Positions 50,673 through 64,000 of a stretch of 64,000 nucleotides of DNA are shown piece by piece (the first letter of the stretch is position 1; the number at the start of each line of letters is the position of its first letter). The DNA comes from Tubiluchus corallicola (Eukaryota; Animalia; Priapulida): contig JAQGDQ010000005.1 of assembly GCA_030141605.1 (NCBI GenBank), positions 124,001-188,000 on the forward strand, read 5' to 3'. A model generated the notes under the pieces. That model saw only the letters and a list, made by a program, of their open reading frames with translations. It searched no databases and was not told the DNA's origin. Made by a program: the position numbers and the translations under genes.

Positions 50673-53600
50673 GCTACAGGCATAGTTCTTGTCCCATCAA
50701 CATTTCACATCAATGCTAGTTGAGGTTGAATTTACTTCAAAATTCAGAGGCTGAAATTTTGTATTGATAACAGGATAATAACAAAAATTCAGCGTTCACA
50801 CAAACTTACCACTCAGTGTAAATATTATGAATAACCTAAATATTCATATTCATAATGTACTAAACGTATTCAAAATCAAATTTATCTATGTTGTATAGAA
50901 ACAAGTTACATCACATCTAGTCGCATAATTTATTAACCGTACAAAGAATAGCTATAGCTTGAGTTTTGCTTACTTAGATTATTGAGCGCATTTTTTGTAA
51001 CGGATTCATGTAGTTAGCAAAATCGTCTAGAATATTCTCAGAGTAACGCATATAGAGAATTGCAAGAGTTATCTAATGCATTACTTTTCTGACATTTTAT
51101 GTAATATAAATGAAAATCTGTGCTTATATGTAAAGTTCAGAAAAACAAAGGCAAGAAAGCTTTAAATTTGTTGTTACTCAAGGTTTCTTTGTTTTCACTT
51201 AAATTAAAATAATCTCGTTCTTGGTCATAAAGTATATATAGAGAGTTCGTACATTCTACAAAAGCTTAAGTCTGACTAATTATACAAATTATCATATTCT
51301 ATTACTTGTAAATAAGTCTATGAACACGTGTATATTTTATTAATTTATTAAATTTTGTGCTGATTCTAAACTGTGTTACAAAACATTTGTTCAATAACAG
51401 CTTGTGGATCTTAAGTGAAGACACGCAAGTTGGTATTGGGTCTAAGTGATTTGCATGTTAATAATTCTATAAAGTGCAAATAGTCGCCCAGTTTTTCCAA
51501 TACAGCCAACCAGAGTATCACAGCCCCATAAAAATAACTTTATAGACAACATTAACTTTCCACGAGTATACTTACTAGAGGAAACATTAGGATGTTTTTA
51601 TTCTTCAATGAATGGCTTTTCTCTTTGAATTTTGAACAGTGTTGTAAATAAAGTCAACTCGATTTACTCCACTGACAAATGTAATTATTTTGCAATCCAA
51701 CCGGTCTTAAGATTCATTTTCAGAAATGGGGAAAGCTCGAGAAATTTAAAGAATGGTATTTACACATTTTTTGTATTATTTTATTGGGTACTAGAATTTA
51801 TTTACACTACATATCACTGCAAAACATTTGCACAAAATACTAATTCGCGCAATTAAAAGATTAAAAAAGTACATTAAGATAATATCATAAATCAAATATT
51901 AAAACAAACGAAAAAAACGTCTTATAAGGCGTATTTTTGACCCAATGTAACATTAAATTGACATATAAAATAGCATAATTATAATAAGCAGTGCATTTAT
52001 GTAAACTATACATATATTCAAGAAACAGCATTATTATAACTGAAATATAAACGGTTTGGAAAAATAACTTTCTTACATAACGCAGATGTTTCTGGACTCT
52101 GGGTCCCATTTTGAACGTGAAAGCTAAATAATAAAATAATTAAAGTTATGTTTAGTACTTCATATGTTATAATAAAACCGACTTTTATGTCGGGGAGTAA
52201 ATGCAGAAGTTTGTTGATGGTTTTGAAATAATTGCTAAAATGAAAAATACTTCATGCATTCACACGTCTACCTAAATTTAATTCAAAGCGTTATATATAA
52301 ACTTGGTTCATTTTGTTAATGTACGCCACACGAATATAAATAATTTCGTACACATAATAATTATACTTTTGCTATGTTATGCATACAGACCATATGGCCT
52401 ATATAACAGGGTTAAACAATGAGAAGAGAAGATAACATCCTTAAAAACTGGGATTCAGTGAATAGTTGAGTGGTTACGGTGTGTGCTTGGCACGAGAATT
52501 ATTGGACTAGCCAACAAATGGATGATGACGGTCGGAAAAAGAGCTTCTGGTTAGATAGATTCTGCTATGGGCTTAGTCCTGACTGCTTCTCTCGATCAGA
52601 AAAAATGTTTGTCTTCAACAAAGGATTACCTTTTGTAATGACATACTGTAGGTTTCAGTTTTCTCAAACGTCAACATTATAAGTGGAGACAACAGTATCA
52701 CTGAGTGTTGGCTTGCAGTAAGCCAAGCTGTTTAAAAAACTCAAAATTATTGCTTACGTCTCTATAACACTATACAGTTTTAGGTGAACAGTTTATCATG
52801 AGAGCATATAAGGTTTAAACTGCACTATATCAATTAATAAATCTTAGCAGGTAGATCATTTTGGATTTTGATAGGATTTTAGTAGGATTTTGAAGTGTTT
52901 TTAATCACTGAAGGTTTTTTAACTGTGAACCAGCAATGTTGTTTTGCCACGTAATCATCGTTGACTAATGTTGTTGCAGCCTTGCAGGACTATTTTACAA
53001 TTTTCAAGTTTCATTAGCTTATATATCTACAGTAATTTTAGCGTAATTTTAAATTACTCTTATGTGCACATAATTCGAGTTTATTGATAATAATACTGAT
53101 AGTACTATAATTCTTTGGGAAGAATTACACCCCCTTGCCTTGCTTGCCTGTCTAGAACATGGTCATTCGGACCTCTAAATGGCGTAGAATTTCCCCTGTC
53201 CTTCAGCTCTAAAGGTAGATCGTCCCCTTCTAAGATCTATCGACATGTTTCCATCAAGCGTCGTGACTGGACTTTAGCCAAATTGATTTTTAGGTTGTCA
53301 GAAATGGGAGCATCTGCAAGTTGAGACGAATGTTCCCACCGCCTTTGTCAATACTTCAAGTCCAAGTCACTTACTAGACTGCCATTTTGCCGTGCTGCAT
53401 TAAAGAATTGCTATAGAGTTAATTAGGTTTAATTAGTAGGTATTACGCAATTTTCTAACAATTGTTACGAACGAATATAAACAGTCACTGTATAATATTA
53501 TTCACTTTTGATGGGATGTATGGGGTTAATTTTTTTGTATTTTTTGTCGCAAGTTTGAAGCTTCACAACTCACTATGCTAAATTTTTCTGTGAATTTTGT

Positions 53601-56600
53601 ACAGATGGATAACAGACACGATCGACCTGATTAATTTGTAGCAGGTTCCCTTGTTAGTGGGAGTCAAAAAAATTCCCTGTTTAATTCGCTAATCTTGTTA
53701 AAATCTATTAAATTCCTATCTATTTATGAAAAAAAAACGAATGGTTGAAAGAAATTAAGGACGGCCCTCTTGTCAAAGGTTGTTTGTGTTTTGTGAAATG
53801 AAAATGGTTCATTTGTGGGTTTTTAACGTGTTTCTAAATTGTTGCTTTTCCTGGTCGAACAAACGTTGACAATAGAAATCCGCAAATATTTATTTCAGAC
53901 CCCACGCTTGCTTTAGTGTTCTTTAATGTTGACATGCCGCATCTTATCTGGCTTTGTAATCAACATTACCAACAACAATAACAATCAAACAAACAAAAAT
54001 GAAGTAACCAGTTTTGTTGCGAGCGATAAGACTGTTGACAGATAATTAAAAATAGTAGTTTCAGTTTTCAGGTGCTTATTATGGTGCCATACTGGCTGAG
54101 ATGTGAAGCTCACCGGTCGATTAATTTGATATTAATTACAAATTATATGATTTTGCAGGTGTTAGATTTGTGTACTTTGCAAACTTGTAATACCCTAATT
54201 CTTTGTATGAGTTGCACCATCGTAGATTTTGTGAAATAATAGTATTTTTCCTTAAAATTTTCATCTTAATTGGGGCCCGTGACTTCTTAATAACTTCTGC
54301 AAAATTTTTTTTAAATGTTCACCGGGTTTGATTGTTTCCACATTTTGGTCAGTAGATGCCACTACATTATGTATAAACCTAATAGAGCTTACTACTAGCA
54401 CTGCTTACTGGGTTAATAAAGCAACATTTACATGCTTTATGAAGTAACAAAAGTTAACGCATTTTTAAATTGTCTCTATCTCACCAATTAAATCTTGAAT
54501 TGAAGTTGTAATCAGCAGGTGGAAATCTTAAGGTAGCTGCAGAACGCGTGTTCACATAAAACCCAGGAAAAAGGGCAATTGTATGTTATCATTATTTCAA
54601 AAGATGGACACTGGACAAGCCAAGGACAAATATGTAAGATACCTGCAAAGTTCATGAAGATTTATTTTATATTGATGCCGACAATAAAAGAAGGCAGGTG
54701 CAGAAGAAGTCAAACCTCAACCAAAAAGTTCAACCAACTTTAAATATAAACTCATGCAACACGTTCCGCCTTTACCGTCATGAGTTCCGTGATCATGACA
54801 CGATTTTAATTCTCATCCCATCTTCAAACTTGTGGATCAAGGATTGCATAAAGGCAGGAAGTAAATCCTCCTAACTATTGTCTCCGTTGCGTCAGCTGCT
54901 TGTAACGTGTTGAGTAACAGGTACGCTTTGAAAGTAAGACCATTTTTCCATATGAATACGCCCGAAATGTTTGCATTGCGTGGCGCACGTGAACACCTAA
55001 TGTTGCATCTTCATACGTAAATTAAGTCGAGGGTTAACTCTTACTACACGTTGTTGACGTTGAATCAAATGACTGAAGAGCGACAGCGAACAGAAAAAAT
55101 GTAGATGGATATTCCAGGTTCTTGCACGTGTGACACAAGTGTTAGGTCCTAAGTGATGGTGACATTTGAAATTTAAATTTTAGACATTGCTCGTCACGAA
55201 TTCAGCCAAATTTAATAAAAAGTTGAAACTGCCAACTAAGGCAAAGCTCTACTATACAAGCCAGTGATTGGGCGCACGATATTATTCTATATTAATATAT
55301 CCATAACTATATTTATACATAAGTAACTATATTGCTATCTGATCCGAAAGACTTGACGTGACCTTTGTGTGACTATGACCTTTGAGTCAATTATTAGCTC
55401 GACCAGTTTAAGTTCTTTGTTCCTCCTTCACTTGGATTTTTCGGTTTTCTGAATGTTGCCATTGGTCAGTTAGTCGGATAATCTGTGAAACAGATAGGCC
55501 TGTAAAGTAATTAGTCAGCCATCAAATTATCCGTCGGTTTGTGAGAACCCAGCCCATGTTAACCTATGGTTATACTTAACTGTACTATTGCTCCACACTG
55601 GTTAAGTCTGGTACAATTAAAAGCTAGTTGGTTATTCGAAGTGAAATGGTTAAAGTTAAATGGGTTATACTACAAGCCTAACTTTACATGCTTGTACTGT
55701 AATCTAGTACTGAACATCGCAGACACGCGTGTAGTTCTTACCCATGTGGGATATTATTCAAAGAGTTGAATCGATTACAATGCAAACCTTTCGTGTGCGA
55801 GGCCACCTGATTTTGTGTACAAAACTGGCTGTTTTCTTTTATTAGCAATTTAGCCGTGAGAAAACGCGGCTGGATGCTTTCAACTCTTGCCTACTGCCAA
55901 CCACAACAAGCTTCTATTGTTATACTGTTCACAATATTGAAGCACCACCAAGGCTGTTAGAAGTAGCTCCTATGAGTGAACCAGTAGAAGTCAATAAATA
56001 AGAACACATGTTTGTAATATTGATTTAACCGGTGCATAGCAACTTTGAAAGACATTAGCTAATTCTGTTCTACTTATCTGCCTTGTTAGGCAATAAGAGC
56101 TAAATTGGATTTACCTCAAAGTGAGAAGATGGCACACGCTAGCAGCACGTGTCACAGCTAATAATAATAGACTTATTATTAATTATTATTATTACCATTG
56201 ACAATATAACTTATAACAACACTGTAACGCCATTTTGTTTTTTGATTTAGCAATGAAGTATTCAGTGAAAACTGTTTCACTGCGCGCACTTTCCGAGTTC
56301 ACAAGCATTTGTTCTAGTAAAGCTAATTTTCTGCATCCCCTTCACAACTTACCATGCAGATTATTAATATGTATTTCCTTTATGTTCATATCTGCAATCT
56401 CTTCATGAACCATTCAGGACCTGATATTCCAACGACCCTAAAATTTTGTATAGGTGTAGGAATTGTTTGCGACATCCGAAACTGATGTTACAATTTTATA
56501 TAGGATTATTTCTATCTCTATAATTTATCTATCATACATCCATTACTAGTAAACACAAGACTGGTCATTTGCGTATGTATGGATACAGGCTGAACTTCGA

Positions 56601-58852
56601 AAGTTTATATTTATGACGCATTAATGTGGCCTTGCAAATATAGTTTTATTAGTTTAATGGTGTGCTGGACGGCACGCGTGCCAATGGTGTCACAACAAGA
56701 TAATGAGACACATGTAGATATCTTTAAGTCACACCTGTCTATCTGATAAAACATATTTACCAATAGAGCTTCATAACTTCAAAATGTTTTTATAATCAAA
56801 TTATAAAATCAAAATAGTAAAAATAATATATTCTTGTGCAGCACTTATAGTAAATCAAGAAAGACCGGCCTGAAAGAAGATGGCTCACTTCTTGAAAGTT
56901 CTTTTTAATGCTGTAACTACAAACGGGTTTTATAAGTTATAGTCTTGGTAGTTTTTTATGCTCTCCTGTTAATGGATAATAGTAAATTCACACATGTTGT
57001 GACACTAAGATGAAGAATTATTTTCTATCGATTTGCAAAATTTTGCACTACAAGTATAGAAAAAGCGTGAAATAAAAAATTATTTAAATTGTAATGTAAA
57101 TTTCTGATTTTTAGCGCCAATCTGGTGAATTAAGTTATTAACAAAATAAATCACACATTATGTTGCATTACGTTAAAACCCAACAAAACAAAGCACATTA
57201 AAACATAATCCAAATGCGTAAATTATTTTCTGTATGACTGCATATCAGAACGTATACACGTATGGCATTTATTACATTCTTTTACCTGCGTAGGCGATGG
57301 ATAAAAATATCTTGACAAAATTTCTAGACAGTTGACAAACTAAGCAGGCTTTTTATCAGAATGAGATGATAATTTAATGATTACATCACAAGTTGATATT
57401 CGAAGAGCAGCTGTCTTTATTTTAACTTATTTACACTGCTAATATTCAATATACAAATGTGTATCTATTTCTCTAAATAAGGCCATCTTATATAAAACAG
57501 CCAAATGATGTAACATCTGGACAGCGAGATATTATTATCAACCTTTATCGAATTTTGAATCATGTATGTGTTCATCTTCTAAACAAATTAATCTAAAAAT
57601 GTGGCTGTTTTGGCTTTGTTCTACCTGCTTTAGTGTTTAAATTTTCCCACCTGAGCAGAGCGCGTGCGTGTGTTCTGCAAGCCACGTACTCTAAGCCTAC
57701 ATAGATACGTTTACTTAGTTAAATGTATAAGGTATTTATCAGATCAAAAGTAACTATCACAAAAGTGGGATTCATTTATGAGGTGTCTGGATTACGTAGG
57801 ATTACATAATAAAAAGTTCTTAATTAAAGTTGCACGATTTTATTGCGTACTATAGTTCTGCTTTACTATAGCTAGAACAATATATAAAGTTCTAGTTTTT
57901 ACAAAATCGTTTAATGACTCCTGTAACAACAGCTGCAAAAGTTGCAAGCTATAGATTTTTCTTGGTAACGTGGCTTTCTGTCTATCTATTTTTTGTAAAC
58001 AAATTCTTATGTAATATATTATCTTTTTATTTTTCTCTCACATGCCCTAAAACAGCCGACGGAAAGCCTTGTTTAATAAATCTTTCGTGTAGTAATATGT
58101 AATAGCAAGTATCGTCTCGTAATTAAGCAGGTTTTAGATCAGTTTAAAGTTCATTGTCAACATGACATTGATGTAAACTGAAGATTCCACAACAAATATT
58201 AATTACGCAAGTCTAAGCAGAATAGGCTTTACTAGAGAAAACTGTCTATCCAAGTCTCATTATAAAAAACATAATTCTGTAATTTGGTTTTGTTAGAACT
58301 TTTCTGAGGCGCTCTATGCATTAAATACGTAAATAGCGTTTAAAAATAATTAACAGAAACATTTGCATTATTGCTAATAGTAAATTGGTGCTTGCTGTTG
58401 TGAAATTGATTTAAATGCATAAATGCGTATGATTTTGTATGCATATTTTTGTGCAATTTAATAACTCAATTCGCCAACCAAATACACAAAATGTAACGAA
58501 CTTAACATACACTATATACATTATGCATCCTCTACACACGTACAAAATAAGCGTTGATGTGTTTGCTTAATCTATTAATGTGTGTTAATATTCAATCAGT
58601 GCAATCAAAATCTCATCAACAGGTGCAATTTGACATTCATCTTGCATGCACTGCAACGAGTACGTTTGCAATTGAGATAATTTACAGTAACACTCGACAC
58701 ACTAAATGATAGGACTAGATACAAGAAGTGATAGCATAAACTGTAAGTAAATATTAATTTAGAGACGCATCTGTTTATTTTTAAAGACGAGTAACGGCGA
58801 GCTGGCGAAGCAAGTTGTGTGTATTGTACATGAGACGGTTATGATTTACATA

Positions 58853-58906
58853 ATGCGGAGATTTTGCGGAGAAAAGGGAGCATATATCGCCGCAAAATCT
58901 CCGCAT
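58853..58906. repeat. Perfect 17-bp inverted repeat with a 20-nt loop
   Basis: atgcggagattttgcgg ... ccgcaaaatctccgcat, followed by CTAG. Confidence 0.9.
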
Positions 58907-61760
58907 CTAGAGCATTTATTAACGAACTAGTACGCAATTTACATCGCTCAGAAATTTATAAATTTTGATTCTAGACGTATAATTAAGCGTTCATGGATGA
59001 CTTAGACTGTGTGTTTTTTGGAGGATACTTAATGCTTGAAACAATATAAGTTTGTGTGTATGCGCATAGAATTGCGTACATTGTAAGCGGTTGGCAGCTT
59101 TGTCTTAACTGACTGGTTGGCTCACTCACTCAAAATACATTACTTTAAGAGGCCTAAACTAATGTCTATGGCTTATCGATTTCGTAATCAAATATTGAAA
59201 GTATAAGTTTAAATTTCCTGGTTTACTAGTATCATAGAATGTAATGAATATAACTATTTCAAGATGCAATAAAACTTTACCTTGTATTAAACCTTGCGTT
59301 TTGCGTATTAGTTTTACGTTACGAACTGGCGATATAACCAATCACTTTTAAAAATTCAAATAGCGGTCATTACCGTATATATGAGACCCTAATATTTCTG
59401 GCTTATAAAATGAAAATCTATCAGAGTTTTTGCCCACGTGTGTGGCAAGTGTTAATTTTGCTCAAATTTCTCTCTCACAATAAGTGTCTTCCGCCCTAAA
59501 ATGACAATCACCAGCCACGCGGCGCGGCCTGCGTAAACCTATTTTCTATCATTAACCTAACGAGCTTCAACTCTTTGATTGAGAAATACTGGGTGAAAAA
59601 TGTTGTTGTAACTCTTTGACTGCAATGCGTTATGCATAATATGATATACATTGGACGGATGTTAGTGTTGTTGACCCATTCATGTCTATTCTGTAGCAAG
59701 TCAGAAGTCAATCCTCTGAACTCAATCACACATTCAGAGAGAATGATTTTGATATGTGCATGACGATTTTCTCATGATGATTTCCTTCTGCAAGATAAAG
59801 GCAGCTTTGGACTTGGAGACTAATTTGAGTTTAATCAGCTGTCGTCCCCTTATGTGAAATAAGAACATGAAAGGAGGATGTACAATAAGAAGAAACAACC
59901 ATACGCTACAAGGTCTTACATTAAAGGCTACCACGGCTGTGTTTTCTTATATGTTTTACTATGTTGTGTTCTTCTGCCGAACTTTTTGTAATTATACTAT
60001 ACCTTCGTTGTTATTTATGAAAAATACATAACTGCCACGGACTGCTCTTTTAAATAAATCTAAATTCAGTATCAAAGCCGAACCAAAAATGATTGTAACG
60101 TCACATTTCAAAATTCTTAGATCTTTATTAAATTAAAAGCAATTTAATCAAAATTTGTGGTTTAATAACTATGAAACGTTTGTACCTCCAGAAAAGCAAC
60201 ACCAGCTGAAATAGAAGAAAAACATTTAATAGTTAACTGCAAAGTAATTTATTTGTACATAACATTTATAACTGTACATAATGGATACGAAAATATTAAA
60301 AATAAAATGTTAAAATAATTATCTTAGGACGTTTGAATGACTTACAGTACTTGTAGCAACAGACTTATGATTGGGAAATCGAAGTTTAGCAAGAAAAGAC
60401 ATCACTATTCAAGTGATTTCTATTGTAATGTCTTTTCTCGTTTTGAATGTTTTAATAAACACAGAATAATTTGCACATAATATTAAAGTGAATGTTTTTA
60501 TTAGTTTAGATATTACTACTATGTAATCATATTGTAGAATGTTATGATTACAGGTACCTGTGCATTATCGTTTGGTACAACACGGTGTATTGGGCGGGGA
60601 CGGCAGGAACTGCAAACAGAAATCTTCAACTATTTCCGGAGACTCCAAAATTTGATTTTCTGTAATATAAAAAAAATTCATTAAACAAATCATATTAACG
60701 CAAAATAAAAAATGTTAGTTACAAAAATCAAAATTTCCTAAAAACACATACCATCTAACACCAAATTTTTCCACAGTGAAGGGCAGCAATATTTTTGATT
60801 GTCCTGGTAGCGATTTCTTCCAACTGGTGACGGCTAAGAAAAGAAAACGTGTTTATCTATCGTTTATTTAATTTTTATACATTAATTCAAGCAATAAAAA
60901 CGAAATGTCCAGTGCTATGTCTATAATGTAATAGGCATATTGTTCTCAAATATAAGCATTAGTTACAGCCTTCCCTTGCGCATGTCTTTATTCATTGTGT
61001 CTCAGTGCTTTTTTTCGTGATTGTATCTTTTTAGGTGTAATATTTTTGAATGTGTTAAAATACAAAAACACTAAAAAATTTAGTAATAGTAATTATTATG
61101 TGATAACCATGTGATTATTTTCTCTTATAATTTTTCGCCTGAATTAAATCACAATGGTAGTTTGAAAGGGTATACTTGTTTCATAAAATTGTGGGATTTC
61201 TCATTTTGGCATAAAGAATTAAATTTGTGTCATAGACTAGTTATTGCGAAGTAAGAAACAAATATTTAGAAATATATTTGAACTATATTCTGACAACTAC
61301 CCAAACAAGGAATAATTATTTCTTGAACGGGGCAAATAATGTAAAATAATCAGTAGTTTTTTACTAACAAATGTAATTAAGTTTTACTGTGTTTTATTAC
61401 AATTTTTAATTTGCTATACAGTTGAGCAAATTTTCGCTTTCGTTAAACACCTCAAAGTCCCTATGCATCATTAGTGAATAGTTTTAAATTAACATGCACA
61501 CTTATATTTATATTAAAGCATTCATTGATTGATAATACATGTATGTACAACCGGCAAACAATTACTTTGCTAATGTAACAAATGTATTGCGGATTTTAAT
61601 TTAAAGCTGAATAATGTCACATTTTTACAGTGATCTTACAATGAAAAAATATTTGTAATTTCAGAGCTAACAAGACTTCTAAAACAAATCTATGACATTC
61701 AGTTGATCTTCCAACTGGATAACCATAAATGTTAGATGAAATTAACCTTGAACTAGACCG

Positions 61761-62042
<282 letters not shown>

Positions 62043-64000
62043 CTACTCCCCCCAACAACATCTATATTTGGAAACCGTAATATTGCGTGTAGCAATATGT
62101 TTTAAATATTAAAGGCTTTACGATGGGAGAAATTGACAATATTGTAATTAACACTGACGTAATAGCATTCAGCAATGATTCAGTTTGCGTTGTGTACAAT
62201 ACTTTTCTCAAAGACAGGCAAGAACAACATGACATTGTTCAAAATGTTTGATAGTCCGTTTGAAAATCCGTAAAAGCCAAAGCAGATGGCGGCGTAAGCG
62301 TGTTGCTCTTTGCCACCCAAATACACCAATCACAAGCAATTTGCTCTTATTCCACACCTTTATCTGCTTTTCGCCCAACATTGTCCACATAATAAGCCAC
62401 CTTTGTGAATAGGTTCAACAATCAAACGAAATGCTGAAAGAATTCGTAACGTACAATCTGGTTGTACAATACCAAATAAGATGCCTCACCTGAGTTTTGA
62501 CGACATGCATGCATCACTGAAGCACTGCAAGGTAAGGAGACTTAGGAGAGGTAACAAAAAAATCACTAAATCTTCATCTACGTATTATGTGCCCAAAAGT
62601 AATAGTTATCTTTGATTTCCTCTAACTGTTATTGTTTTAAATGTGTCATTTTGATTTATGTCGATCCTTTACAGCAACAAGAGTCAATAAAAACGAGGGT
62701 GACACTACGCACACCCACAATGCGACAATGTGAAAATTGGTTTAATCCATTATTTCAGTCTCAGCTGCATCAAGAGCATTAAATAAACGCAAATTCCGGA
62801 GAAAAACACGTGAGATAAGATCTAAAAAGCAGAGTGATTTCGAAAAATAGCCCACCTACAAACAGTTCTACTCGATAATGCGCTAATATTTTCCGTTGGA
62901 CTCATGTAAACTGTAACACGCAATAAGTTAACTAGATGATCTTGCACAATCACCAACTTGGTTTTAACTGGGTTCTTCAACTAGAAAAAAATCTGGGTTA
63001 TTTTCAGATTATTGTAAAAAAACAAAGCAAACACAATGAAATATAAATTTGTGGTTCTTTGTTCCTTTTAAGGAAAATGCAATGAATAGTTAAGATCAGC
63101 GCTAAAATTTGTTCCGTGTCTACGAATGGAAAACTTCTTCAGGTAACTAAACTATAGCAACAGAAAGAAGTACACTGGTTCTACACACCATAGATATGAT
63201 AAACCTATAATTTTCCGTAACGAGTTTATTTTTAATTATAGATCGAAAAAACAGATTAAATCTACTGTATTTGTAACTTTAGTCAAGTAGTCGCATAATT
63301 TCTGCTGAAGTTTATCTCAATTCTACTCATAAATTGAGTGCTAAAGTAGCAAAATATATAAACGTTAACTCATACTTTTCTTAAAGACACTGGTTGCTTA
63401 AATTACTTATTTGTTTATTCTACCACTATTTAACAACTGTCGTTTAAGTTAACTGAGACCCTTTCACTTAATACACTTAACTTGTACCTGACAGAATAAA
63501 TTTGTTCAAGGAGCCACACAAAGATGCCTAACAATACAAACTTTCACTTAGCCTAGAACTCATTTTCTGTCAGTGTCTCCGCTCAACAAATGCTGACCAC
63601 AATGGATAACTCAGAAATACTTCACAACATCACGTGCAGAACTAGAATTGTGTGCATTCAAATCTCGCGAGGCACATTTAAACTTGAAAAGTAATTGTCT
63701 GACTATATATTAATACATATCCAAAGAAAAGAGGTATTGGGAAATTCATGAAAAAAATGACGACTGATACAAAAGGGCATCGCGTTCTTAAAAATTGTTC
63801 TGTTTTTTACATTTCTAACTGTTTTTTACCAAGTTTCGTGCGTTAGACTACACTATGCAAAAATATTCGAAATAATTTTTTGAATTGTTTAGCTTAAGCT
63901 ATGATGTTACTCATTCAAGTTTACAGTAAATTTAATGATGAAAAGTTATAAACTATAACAGAACATAAAAAATTGAAAACGAAGAGATGACAAGTAAAGG

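Overview
AT-rich, intron-containing animal (probably invertebrate) genomic DNA. Five protein-coding genes could be reconstructed by hand. (1) A CHST11/HNK-1ST-family carbohydrate sulfotransferase (minus). (2) The last three exons of an RGK (Rad/Gem/Rem) small GTPase (plus). (3) A complete 6-exon SIRT5 (minus). (4) An intronless malonyl-CoA decarboxylase (MLYCD, plus, ending in SKL), head-to-head with SIRT5 with about 310 bp between start codons. (5) A 2-exon Ptf1a bHLH gene in a large non-coding region. Mobile DNA includes a decayed, internally deleted LINE, a deleted Tc1 element, hAT-, Harbinger- and Helentron-type non-autonomous elements, and many microsatellites. Best leads: (a) the Ptf1a stop is TGA-CTAG, the canonical readthrough context, followed by 173 uninterrupted in-frame codons with CtBP-like and degron-like motifs, predicting a programmed-readthrough Ptf1a isoform; (b) the SIRT5/MLYCD bidirectional pair joins the lysine demalonylase to the enzyme that destroys the malonyl donor; (c) a recent tandem duplication has captured 1.2 kb of SIRT5. 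All calls come from manual reading; no database searches were run.
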